Shown here: piece after piece, positions 1 to 11,774 of the stretch
Layout of the letters: each line of letters begins with the position of its first letter
Position numbering within the stretch: the stretch's first letter is position 1
Source of the DNA: Microthyrium microscopicum
Lineage: Eukaryota
Assembly: GCA_010405405.1 (NCBI GenBank)
Contig: MU004245.1
Span: 561,256 to 581,670 of the forward strand
DNA length: 20,415 nt
Direction of reading: 5' to 3'
Program-made: the position numbers and the translations under genes
The notes under the pieces: generated by a model
Told to the model about the DNA's origin: nothing
Databases searched by the model: none
The model's input: the letters and a program-made list of their open reading frames with translations, nothing else

Positions 1-128
1 AGAGAGAGAGTAGGAAACGGTCATAGGTAAGCTACACTAGATAATCCTTAGGCGCTAAGCCCTTAGCATTACGTAACAAGGAATACTAATAATGTTATAA
101 TAGGATTAATAGTAGTAGATTTATAACA
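1..128 (-). repeat. 3' LTR (partial)
   Basis: Ungapped match to 7212-7339, 24 mismatches in 128 bp by manual count, all transitions; ends ...TATAACA on + (TGTTATA start on -). Confidence 0.95.
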
Positions 129-130
129 AT

Positions 131-142
131 ACTCCCCCCTCC
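131..142 (-). other. Polypurine tract (plus-strand primer site)
   Basis: Minus strand reads GGAGGGGGGAGT, then AT, then the TG start of the 3' LTR. Confidence 0.88.
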
Positions 143-299
143 AAAATTAGCGCTCCTAAGCTAAAAACTTATAAAAGGATAAGATCTATAATTAAGTCGT
201 ATAGTTTTATAATTCTAACGCTTTTAAGGTATAAAACATAAAATATAAAAAGTAAAGATAATATTCTTTCTTTATATATAATTACTACACGTACCTATT

Positions 300-3200
300 T
301 CTTATGCTACCCTCTAGCCTACTAAAGTAACTATTAAGAAGTATTAATAAACCTTAAGATATCTTTAGAATACTCTAATTTATAGACTAAGTATTAAGGT
401 ACGCGTAGTAGTATCCTTTACTATTCTAGGGGAAGTCTATCTAAATTATACTCCTCTTCTTTCTTCTTTTAAGGATCTATAAACGTAGGATATAGCTCTA
501 GTTTATTAGGGTTCTAGTCGTAGTACTTAGCAACAAGTTCTAAATAAAAGTTAAGATCTAACTATAGTTACTAATTAGGGTCATAGTTCTAGTCGTCTTA
601 TTTTATAAACTAGACTTTATACTATAAAACCTTCTTCTTACTAAAGCCTTTTATAATGCCTATTTTGCTATTAATAACGTAATTAACTACTTACTCCTGT
701 TCTATATTATTATCTATATTTATAATTATAGGGAAGTTATCTAGTTCTTAAAGTATAGTAGTATATTTAAGAATAAGGTAAAGTAACTAAGTATAGAAGA
801 TAGGGTAAATCTTTATCTTCTTTAGTAGTTCTAGCTTATAAGTAAGGGTGTTAATCTTCTTAATAATCTTAAAGAGTCCTATAGATTTATTATTAAGGAA
901 TTTTAATAGTTAGAGAGATTTATAATAACAAGCGTTAAGGCGTACTTAATCGCCTAGTTTAAGGTCTAGTGCTAATTAATAAGTCTTATTAGCCTACTCT
1001 TCTATAAGAATAGTAGACTATAAAATCTATTCTTAAAAATACTTACAAAGGTTAGTATAAGTATAAAGATATTAATTAATAAGTTGTTATTTAGTTTAGG
1101 TTAGCTTAGTTCCTAAGCAAGCCTTTAGAGGCATTAGTTCTAATCCTAATTAAGAAAGATAACTATTAAGTACGTAGAAGGGACTTATCTTAGTAGAGAC
1201 GTAGATGGCGTAGTTAGCTTTAAACTTAGTAAATAGTAGTAGTCCTACCTAGTCGTTTTATTACTAGTTAATAAAGCATCTAAGGTAAGCTTTTAGTACT
1301 ATAACTAATATTTCTATAATGCTATTACCCTATAGGTACTAAGTAGTAGTTAGGCGAATAATAATATTAATACGTTTGTAAAGACGTTACTAAAATGTAG
1401 ACGTGAATTATGAACTATAGTTAGAGAAGATAAAGTTAGGCTATTTAGTATATTTTTAGATTTAGTTAAGGAACGCAAGAACTATTATCTATATACTTAA
1501 GTTAAGAAGGAGTATAAATTATTAGGTACGTATTAGCCTATCTATAATGACTATAACATAATAGTAGATAGTTCTAAAGTAAATATAGAGCAGTAGAGCA
1601 ACTATAAAGTTAATAGAGATATTAGACTAGGTATAGTTAGGCGATAGGAACGACTAAAGAAGACCCTACTTCTTTTATTTAACTAGCTTAGAGAACGCGC
1701 ACTTATATACTTTTATATAGTACTTTACGTCTTTAGCTATATAGAGCTAATAGTAGAATTAATAGAGGCGCTAGTATATAGAAGCTATACTACTATAACT
1801 TATTATCTTATAATTATGCATATATTTAATAGCGTAATATTAAAGACGTCTTATAGGAATAAGAAGTTATTATCTATACTAAATAGTGCTATTAGTAAGT
1901 ACTTAGCAATTACTAAGTTTAATTAGATCTTTTTCTAGGGTGCTATATAGTAGGTAATATAATTATATAGCTTTAGAGTCGTAGATTACTTAGACAAGCT
2001 TATCTAATTAGCTAGCCTTAATAATATCTTTCTATAATGTCTCTAGGTTAGCTAGCACACTATCTATCCTAGAGTAATTAATTAGCTTACCTAGGATTAG
2101 AGTAGAACCTCTTATAGTTAGTTAATTAATTAGCTTACCTTCTATAGTTAGCGCATTAACTTTATTAGCAATAATTATAGCAAGTTTAATTATTATAGGT
2201 CGTTTGCCATTAATAAGGAGGATAGCAATTTTAATAGTATATTAAGTATTATAAGAGTAAGAGATCTTATAGTAGGTATTAAAGTTATAAGGGGAAAGGA
2301 TTAGTTGTATTTATTAGGCAATTCGTAGATTATTATTAGATTTTAGAAGATCTTATAATCTCTAAGTTAGCACATCTACTTTTATATTAGAAGAATTATT
2401 ACAATATTTAATTTTAAATTAAAATTAAGAGAGGAATTCTACCTATTAAGCTTAATAGTAAGATAGCTTTTTAGTTAATATAAAAGTACGTAAGTTAAGG
2501 TAGTTAGTAAAAACTTATATAGAGTTAAAGGTTAAAAATAATTTAGGTTCCTATTTCTTAAACGCCTATATAATTATAAGTAGCTCTTTATTATAGATAT
2601 TATAATTATACTCTACTAGAGTTATCTTTTTAGAAAGGAAAGCTACTAAATAAAGCTTACTATCTATACCTTTTTAAGAGAGAATAGCTACTACTACCTA
2701 GTCTAAGGCGTTAGTTTTAATCTAAGTCTTAGCGTTAGGGTTAAAGTAATAAAGGATTAGAGCAATAATAAAGGCCTTCTTTAAGGCGTTAAAAGCTTAT
2801 TCTTTAAGTCTAGTCTTACTCTATAGGAAGTATAAGAAAGCATCCTTTTTAGTTAGCATAGTAAGTAGTATAATAATTTTTAAGTATCCTTTAATAAAAT
2901 AGCAATAAAAGTTTATAAAACTAAAGAATATCTAGACGTCCTTTAGAGAAGTAGAATAGTGCTAGTTAAGTATAGCATTAATCTTCTTCTTATCTATTTA
3001 GATTTCGTTAAGTATAATAATAATACTAAGATATTTAACTAATTAGGTTATAAACTTAGATTTAGAAATATTAAGGTAGAGTCTAGCTTTTTTAAGCTTA
3101 TTAAGGATTAAGTAGATATAGGCAATATACTTCTCTTTAGTCTTACTCTAAATAAAGACATTATTAAGGTAGACTATAATAAAGTTATTAAGGTATTTAC

Positions 3201-4632
3201 GTACTATATTATTAATATAAGATTAAAAGCTTCTTAGTAATCCTATTATACTAAATAGCATTACTAAGGTTTTAAAGAGTTTATAGCGCGTTAAGAATAT
3301 AGTCTTATACTTATTCTTTTTATAAATTTAAATATTATTAAAGGTAGTAATAACATTAAATTATAAAAAGAATTTTGCTTTATAGATCTTTATTAAAGTT
3401 TCTATTAAGAGTAGGGATATATTTTAGTTAGTTAGTGTAATCTTATTAAGTTTATAATAGTTAATATAGATATAAATATTACTACTTAGTTTACTAATAT
3501 ATAATATAAGTATAGCGTAATAAGAAGTACTTAGTTAGATAAAGCCTTTTCTAAGTATATTCTTAATATATTCCTTAATAACTTATACTTATTAGTAAGA
3601 CATACTATAGGATTTACGTATAAGTGCTTTTATATTTAGGTTAGTAGTAATAGCATAGTTAAAGCCTAGTTAGTATAGTAGTAGCTTATTAACTTAGTAA
3701 GGGTTAAATAAAGGAATATAGTAATAAAACTCTAGTAGTATTAACTTTAGTAATTCCTCTTGTATTAGTAAGTCATAGTTAAGCTTCTTACGCTATTTAG
3801 TATAGTCTTTAGTAAAGATTATAGTAATACTAGTAATATTCTACTAAGGAATAGGGTTAGAGTCTTCTTCCTCTTCTAAGACGTTAAAGTCTTCTTAGTA
3901 AAGGGCTATAAAGTAGTAATTTTTGCGTTATATTATAGCTATAAAGACTTATAGTAATACTATATAGATATTAAGAGTTTCTTCTTATCGTTTATTTATA
4001 ACTACTTAACCCTTATAGTTAATAGTTATTAGGTAATAAGAAGCTATATAGTATTTTATATAATACTTAGAGTAAAAGCCTAATATACGTTAGCCTCCTT
4101 AGAATATAACTTTATACTTATTTACCTATAGGTCGCTAAGGATTATATTGTAGTTAGTAACTTCTATTATAAAGTAAAGAATCTATTTAAGGTAGATACT
4201 AATACATAATATAATAGCTACTATATAAGTTATCTTTACAATAGCGTAGCTATTAGCTATTTTAGTATAGTAGAGTTAGGTTATCTCTACTAATAAAATA
4301 CTATAGATTTAGAAGTAATAAGGGTTAATAATGCTAAAGGCACTACTATCTATATTAATTAGGACTTTTATTTTAGTATACGTATTATTATTAATAAGGA
4401 TATTACTAGCAGTACTCTACTATTAGCCTATCTTTAGAATAAAATATTTTAGTAATTAGTTAATAGGGACGTAGGCTACTAATATATAAATAATAGCTAT
4501 GCCTATAAGGTTACTTTTAGTTTTAGAGTTACTTAGGTAGTTAATAATAGCCTCTATTTAATGTTTTTATTGTTTATTATATACTTCTATTTTATTTAGC
4601 TTCTCTACGTAGTATTACGAAGGAGCGTCTAG
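300..4632 (-). pseudogene. pol: pol polyprotein relic (protease, reverse transcriptase, RNase H, integrase, chromodomain); lower coordinate approximate
   Basis: All motifs fall in one minus-strand frame, with many RIP stops: VLINIDSS (~4345-4365, inferred LIDTGSS), VYLNNVFI (YLNN 3160-3171, =YLDD), IKTNALD (~2701-2721, =IETDASD), KAYLRCFIN***ND*V (~1245-1293, integrase core), IGLFKII..YKLEL..IYPIFY (~790-885, GPF motif), chromodomain ~500-702. Confidence 0.95.
495..702 (-). other. Integrase C-terminal chromodomain relic
   Basis: EQE*VVNYVINSKIG...VL*YKV*FIK*DD*NYDPN**L*LDL...LVAKYYD*NPNKL fits the chromovirus pattern EWEVE.I.DS..YLV.W..W.P...L..FH..P.KP after RIP reversion. Confidence 0.85.
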
Positions 4633-6038
4633 TTTCCTTAATCTTAGTAGTAATAATTGTTATATATTAATAAGTAATTATACTATAGGGTTAAGTTTTA
4701 TAGTTAGGTATTATCTTACTATAAATAAATGCTAGTAAGTTTAGTAAAGATATTAGAATTAGAGAAGGCTAGCTTACTCTTATACTTTAAGTTCTTATCT
4801 TTATAGTTATAACCTTATTCACTATATTAAGTATAGTAGTAGTCTTATATTAAACGTTAGTATAGAGTAACTTTATGGTATAGTATATAGTTAATTTAGT
4901 TATTAGTCTAGTTACTATTATTATTATTTTAATTACTAAATAGTTTATCCCTATCGTTAGTTTTATATTTAAAGTTTTAGTTAATAACTTATAACTCGTT
5001 AATATATTTAGTAATAGTAGTAGCCTTAGAAAGAAATAGGCATTATATAATTTCTTTAATAATTATATATTTAAGATAAGTAACTTTATCTACTTTTATA
5101 AGGCTAGCGTTAGTAATTTTACTATTAAACTTAGCAATATATAGAGTAAGCTTCTTAGTCTTCTTTATTTAGTTTAAGAAATTTTGTAACTAGGTAATAG
5201 CGTCTTTATAAGTATTACGCTTTTAAGTATATTAATTTAGGTCCTCCTAGAACTCTATTATATTAAAGTATAGGTTTAGTAATTTATATTACGCATAGTT
5301 CTTAATAAACCTAAGGGTAATATTAAGAGTCTTACTACGTATCTAAATAGTAGCGTCTAATTCCGTAGAAAAAGAGGCTTACTTATTATAAAGATAGTCT
5401 TTAATGTAGAGCTTCTACGTAGAATATTATTTAGGGTTATAACTAAAGTATTTGCCTAGATTACTCTATTTACGTTTCTTACTTTTACTACTAGCTAAGG
5501 ATCTAGATACTACTAGGATTAGGCTATTAGTTTAAATATAAGAGACTTATTAATAAGGAAGAAGTATTGCTTACTTATTATTAAAGTTAAGTTAGTAGAT
5601 ATTCTCTTTAGACTTATATATAAACTAACTAAGCTAGTCCTTAAGATCTTTATTCTAGAAGTAAAGGGCTATAATCTTATTACGCTTCTTAGTATAGGAA
5701 GTACGTAGTTATTTAACATTGTTAAGTACTTTATTAAGTTCTTATTAATTTATATTATAAGCATTCTCTAAATAGAGAATATATTTATTATCCTTACGAT
5801 TAGCTTTAATTACGTAGTTAAGTTATAGGTAAAGTTAATCTACTTTTATATATACTTTATTAGCTACAACTATAGCGTTGTTAAGTTTATTAGTTATATC
5901 TTTAATACCTTATTTATAGTATTAGTAAGTATCTATTATATTATTTAGTTAAGCATAGGTCTCTTAAGTATAGAGATTAGCTACTTAGGCTAATTTAATA
6001 TAACTACGTAGCTATTTAAACTATATTTCTAATAACAT
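4629..6038 (-). pseudogene. gag: gag relic with zinc knuckle
   Basis: In-frame ATG at 6038, coiled-coil-like N-terminus, LGKYFSYNPK*YST*KLYI segment (~5400-5460), YT*YSE*GY (~4810-4835, inferred CTRCGEQGH knuckle), ends GGA AAC TAG at 4637-4629. Confidence 0.85.
4632..4638 (-). promoter_or_regulatory. Putative -1 ribosomal frameshift heptamer between gag and pol
   Basis: Minus strand A GGA AAC TAG (one G>A away from G GGA AAC) at the gag stop; pol frame is -1 relative to gag. Confidence 0.7.
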
Positions 6039-6780
6039 AGTAACGCTACAAAGGAATCCTTTATAAGTCTTAATAATTTCTAAATATAAGTCGCCTTAAG
6101 TATAATATATAAGTATAGGGTCTAAAGGGACGCTTTTAATAGTATCGTTTAAAGGAATAGTTTCCTAGGCTTAGAAGATAACTTTTTTATAAAGAAGTTA
6201 TACTAAGGGTACTTAATTCTTCTTATTAAGAGTAATTAATTAATAGGTAATAAGGTAAGAGAGTATTTAGTAGTTTAATAATAACTCTTTAATCTAAGCC
6301 TAATCTACTAGTTAAAGAGTAACGATTAAAGGATTAGTAAAGGATACCTTCTCTTTACCTTTGTTTTAGAATTATAATTAGCTATAAATGTGGCTACTCT
6401 TAATAATTTCTAAGACATTAGACAATAGAGGTACCTTAGCTATAGAGCTATGATAAGAGTATAAGAAATTATAGCGTAAAGATTAACTATAGAGTAGTTC
6501 TATCGTAGTGTTATCTTTATTGCTATTAATTCTAATCTAAGTATAAGGTAGCATAATTATAGACTAAGTAATATTCTAAGTTCCTAATTGCTATTACTTA
6601 TAAAGATAAGACGTAAAATAAGTCCTATAAGTCTTAATAGTATCTCTTATAGTAAGATAAGGATTTAATATAAAGCAAATATAAGTAATAGGTATAGGCG
6701 CTAAGAAGTCTTAAGATGAAGTATAAATAGGTCGTAAAGGTATAATAGGTAATTTAAGAAAAAGAGTAGAAGGTCTAATT

Positions 6781-7339
6781 TATTATAGTTTATCTTTAGG
6801 GCTTATTATAATATAGCAGAATAAGTAAAGTCTTACTATAAGTACAATAGTAGAAAGAAGTAGTAATAGTAAAGGATAATTATTAACCTATAAGTCTAGT
6901 AAGATAGAAGTTCTAAGTTAACTAGGATTCTTTAAGCCCTTTAATTAGACGCTAAAAGTCTAAGCTTTTAATAGGGTTAAGGATTAGAAATTTACGTATT
7001 TACTATGCTAATAGATTAGATCTACTAGAATCTAAAAATAGGATTCTATATTTATACAAGTAGATATATTAAATCTTTAGATTTTAATATGCTAAAAATT
7101 AGGATTATTTTTTAAATAGTATAAAGTATTAGTTTTATATTAGGAACCTATAAGTACAAGGGTATAAGCTAATAATAGATATAATTTAAAAAAACTAATA
7201 CGAAGAATCTAAGAAAGAGGGTAGAGAATAATTGTAGGTAAGCTATACCAAATAATTCTTAGGCGCTAAGCCCTTAGCATTACGTAATAGAAGATGCCAA
7301 TAATGTTACAATAGGATTAATGGTAGTAGATCTATAATA
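6781..7339 (-). repeat. 5' LTR (~559 bp; boundary at 6781 inferred)
   Basis: 7212-7339 matches 1-128. Termini TATTATAG (6781) and CTATAATA (7332-7339) are perfect 8-bp inverted repeats, consistent with RIP'd TG...CA ends. Confidence 0.75.
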
Positions 7340-9084
7340 TTTAAAGTATAATAAAGAAAGAATAGTTAACTCTATAAAATAATATTACTTTATACCCTCT
7401 AAACGTATAGGTAGAAGCATAGTAACTTAACTATAATTACGTTCTTTTAATCTTATTCCTTAATATTATAATAGAGCTCTAACTAAGTATAAATAAGACA
7501 ACTTACTAATTAAGCAACCTTTATAGAATTATAACTAAAAAGAACTAATATTATATACTAAGAAAGAGGCCTTATACCTAGAATTTAGTCTAAAATAAGC
7601 AAAATACTAGTATGGAACTAATAGTTAATAACCTAAGCTTTATATTTTATACCTAAAAATAAACGTATAGATCTATACGTTATAAATAGAAGCTTTATTA
7701 TAAACTATAAGAATAGTAAGCGTTAGATATAGTTAGATAAGATTAGGATCTTATAATTAACTTAGTATTTTAGCTAGAATTTTTTTAGATAGGAGGAGTA
7801 ATATTAAGAGTTAAACTCCTTAAAGCTATGCCCATTTAGGCTACTCCTATTATATATAAATACCTTAATTAAAGAGTCTCTTAACTCTTCTTTCTCTCTA
7901 AGTTACCTTCCTATTTAGTAGGCTTATAATATAACTTATCTCTTTATTATCTAACCTATAATAATTAGCCTTTTGAATAAAATAAACTTTAAAGCAAATT
8001 ACTAAGCTTATAAAGATATATTTTCTTAAGAAGATAGTATATATAGGAAAATTTTAATTAAGATAAGAATAAATATTTATTAAATAGTATACTATTAGCT
8101 ATAATAGCGTTTAGTAGTATTTATTAGTATATTATAGTATAGCATTACTATTATTACCTACTTAGCTCTTACTAAAGATATAGTAAAAGTATATATTAAT
8201 AGTAATACTATATAAATACCTATTATAATTATAATACTAGTAGAAACTTACTTTAAATAATAAATAACGTTAACTAAGCATAGCTACTTAGTAATATAGG
8301 TAGCTACGTAACTATAATAAGAGACGTTTAAAGTAAGTAACTTATATCTATTAAATTAGTATATACTAAAATTTAATACTAGACATTACTATAGCTAAAT
8401 AAAGTGCTATAGTTAAATATATAGCCTAGAAGATACTATAGATTAAGTATATAGTAGATATATAGCTATTAAGTAAAGGTATATAGCTAATAGCTAATAG
8501 AGAATAGGAAAGTTAGTAGTAATATTAAGAATATAAAGTAGATAAACCTTATAAGTATATCTCTTATTTATTTACCTGCTAGTTAGCTCTAGCTTTGCCT
8601 ATATTAGAATTATTAGTTCTATCCTATATTGCGTTAAAGGATTACTTACTATATAAATTAATATAAGTAGTAGTACACGTTAAACTAGATCCTATTAGCT
8701 TCCTATAAACTATAAAGTAATTAACGTTAACTCTACTAGATTTAATTAGAACGCTAAAGTAAGTTTTAATCCCTATTTAATGTTAGCTAAAACTATAATA
8801 TACCTTTTTATATATTAAGTAGTTACTATAAAGCTAGAGTCCTTATTGCCTAGAAGCTTTATAATATATAATAAGAGGTAATTATATAGGACTTTTAAGG
8901 TATAGAAAAAGTAGGGTAAGATATAGAATTAGTATATTATAAAGGGAAGGCTTTATTAAGAGATATAGCATTAGCTATAAGCTTTAGTAACCTAGATAGA
9001 CGTTTAAATTAGCTAATAACTAGATAAGAAAGAGTAGAATTAAGGAATAGTATTTATAAGAATAATACTTATAGAAAGGAACTA

Positions 9085-9352
9085 GGGAAGCCTATTAGCT
9101 ATAAGCTTAGTAGCTATTAATATTATATACGTAAGCTAAGTAGAATAGTATAGTTATAGAGAATTAAAAAGCATAGTTTTAGCTTCTTAACTAGATAAGT
9201 AGAAATATAGGAAATCTATTAGTTATAAGCTTAGTAGCTATTTATATTATATATATAAGCTAGGTAGAGTAGTATAATTAAAAGAAATTAAAGGGTATAG
9301 TTTTAGCTTCTTAACTAAATAAGTAGAAATATAAGAAATTTGTTAGTTATAA
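9085..9352. repeat. 124-bp tandem repeat, ~2.1 clear copies
   Basis: Unit starts at 9092, 9216 and 9340; AGCTTCTTAAC at 9181 and 9305; ungapped, roughly 85-90% identical, mostly transitions. Confidence 0.9.
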
Positions 9353-11579
9353 CTTCTATAAAGCGTTAGCTTTAGTTTTTAATATATATAAATTAGGAGA
9401 ATAGGAAGGGTAAAGAGAATATAAATTAAGGATAAGTAATTTATTCTTAGCTTAAAAGATAATTTATTAGTTAGAAGCTAATATAGCTAATATAGCTTAT
9501 AAATTATAAGTAGAACGTTAGCTTAGTAAAATATAGTTTTAATAATTAGAATTAATTAGCATAAGGGTAGTAAATAAGAGCTATTAGCTATAAGATTACT
9601 ATAAAGGATATTAGTAAATTATATAAGTATACTAGTATATAATATATAATTAGCTAAATATAATTATTCTATATATTATATAGTAGTATTATAATAGAAA
9701 TAGTTATATTATATTAGAAAGCGTCTAGTATAGTATTTAGTTTATTATATAATGAAAAGGAAACGTTAACTATAGGCTCTACGTATTTTATTAGTTAGTA
9801 CTTAAAAAAGAGATAAAAATTAATTATAATAGTATCTAGTAGGAATATACTTTCTTTAGTTTAGTATTCTAGTAATATTATATATCTAGTACTTAGTATA
9901 TATTAGCTATATAGTATTAAAGAATATATTATAAAGCTAGTAGTATAAGAATAGAAAAGAAGATTATATAATAGCATACTTACTACTAAGGCTCTATATC
10001 CTATAGAATAATAAAGTATATATACTATTACTTAGAAGGAAGTAAAGTTTAATTACTTAGATTATTTAGAGTACTTATAAAGATATAATTAATAAAGGAA
10101 GTAGAGATATATAGGTAGTAATATTTTTTAGGATTAGTAAGGTAAAGGAAGTTATTAGCTATAAAACTATAGTATTTATATTTAGGAGAAAATTAGAGGG
10201 ATTATAAAGTAATAGTTTAAGTCTTAGATTAAAAGATAATAAAGTATAAAATAAAGCTACTTAGAATATTAAATAGTTTATTAATAATAGAAATAATACG
10301 TATCTTAATTATATTTATTATTACTTATATATTTATAATAGTATTAATCTATATAGAAGAGATTTATAATATTAGTAGTAGTTTTAAAGAAAAATAATTT
10401 CTTAAGACTATATATTTTAATAAGCTTTTAAATAAACTTATTAACTTACTAGGTAAACTACTAAGTAATACTTCTTTTAATAGAAGATAGCCTATTAAAT
10501 ATTAATATATATATAAGCTAATATTTCTACTTACTAGCTAACTTTATAATAATATAAGTTATTTTACTAAATATTTAGTTTATAAATAATAAGTAAGTAT
10601 ATTCGTAATAAGTATATTACTTTATATAATAAGAGATAAAGTAATAAAGTAGTCTAAGTAAAGAAATATAAATAACTTTAATAGAACTATTTTATAGAAT
10701 TATAAATTTATTATAATAATAAAATAAAGTAATAGTTTAGTAAAGAGATTTATAACTAATAAAATAAAATAGTAAGTTAATTTATTTATATTATTCTAAT
10801 TAACTATAATTTATTAACTTTCTTAAACTTTATAATAGTTAGTAAAAATAAAGACTACTAGTATTAAATATATAGTTATACTAATATAAGTATCTTTAAC
10901 TTTTAATTTATAATTATAATTTATATTTCCTTTATTTATATAGAATACTAAATTATTTACTAGCTCTCTCTTCTAGTTTAGTTACTAACTTTATAAAATA
11001 AAAAAATAGAAGTTCTAAATAAATCTAAACTTTATATATAGATATAAACTTTATAAATTAAGAAAACTAATCTTCTATTAATATATATACTTATATCTAT
11101 AATATAATATTATATCTAAAAAAAACTTACTTTTAAACTTATTATATAATTTCTAGCTCTTAGCTATTATTTATTATTTTTATAAATATTTTAATCTATA
11201 TAAACTAATATAGAGAAGTAAGTATATAAACTTAAGAAAGTACTAGAACTATATTAAGTAAAAGTAAATATAATTTATATATTTTTATAAAATTATTTAT
11301 TATAGTTTATAAATATTTTTAAGAAAGTAATAAAAATATATTAGAAAAACTAAACTAATATTATATAAAGCTTAAATTTTTTTATATTTTTAGTAACTTA
11401 ATATTTACTATATATAAATTATAATAAGTAAATTATAAAAGTAAGAAAGAAAAAGTAATTATAGTCTACGTCTAGTAAAAATATTATTAGAGTTTTAGAA
11501 ATTAAGGATTTATATATACTAATTCTTAAAAGGAATAATAGAAGAATATTAAGAAGAAGTAATTAGTAAATAGTAATCT

Positions 11580-11588
11580 AGAATCTAA
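11580..11588 (+). repeat. 9-bp target site duplication, left
   Basis: AGAATCTAA, identical to 14961-14969. Confidence 0.93.
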
Positions 11589-11648
11589 GAGTATTTCTAA
11601 AATCCCTTAGTAGATCTTCTAAAATCCTCCTTAAGATCTCCTAAAATC
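11589..11648 (+). repeat. Left TIR with internal ~22-bp subrepeats
   Basis: GAGTATTTCTAAAATCCCTTAGTAGATCTTCTAAAATCCTCCTTAAGATCTCCTAAAATC is the near reverse complement of 14901-14960; CTAAAATCC occurs three times. Confidence 0.95.
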
Positions 11649-11774
11649 CCCCTTAAGGATTTTGGCTAGAGAAGCCCTAATTTACGCTAACCCTAAATAA
11701 GGAATTCTTATTACTTTTATACTAATCTAGCCTAAAACGAATAGATCTAACTTAAAATATACTAAGACAATACT

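Larger units (their letters stand above)
1..7339 (-). mobile_element. Ty3/Gypsy (chromovirus) LTR retrotransposon, RIP-inactivated; 3' LTR truncated by the window start
   Basis: Direct repeat 1-128 vs 7212-7339; polypurine tract next to the left LTR on the minus strand; minus-strand domain order gag-PR-RT-RH-IN-chromodomain recognisable after reverting RIP changes. Confidence 0.96.

Noticed and set aside
5954..5956. Alternative gag ATG
   Set aside because: Out of frame with gag motifs; the ATG at 6038 is in frame.
6695..6705. TAGGCGCTAAG identical to LTR 7260-7270, suggesting a tandem LTR
   Set aside because: Flanks do not align; isolated 11-mer.
8968..9600. CRISPR-like repeat-spacer array or WD40/ankyrin repeat gene
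   Set aside because: Eukaryotic RIP'd context, no cas genes, two 'spacers' are duplicates; a 124-bp period is not divisible by 3 and no repeat-protein motif was readable.
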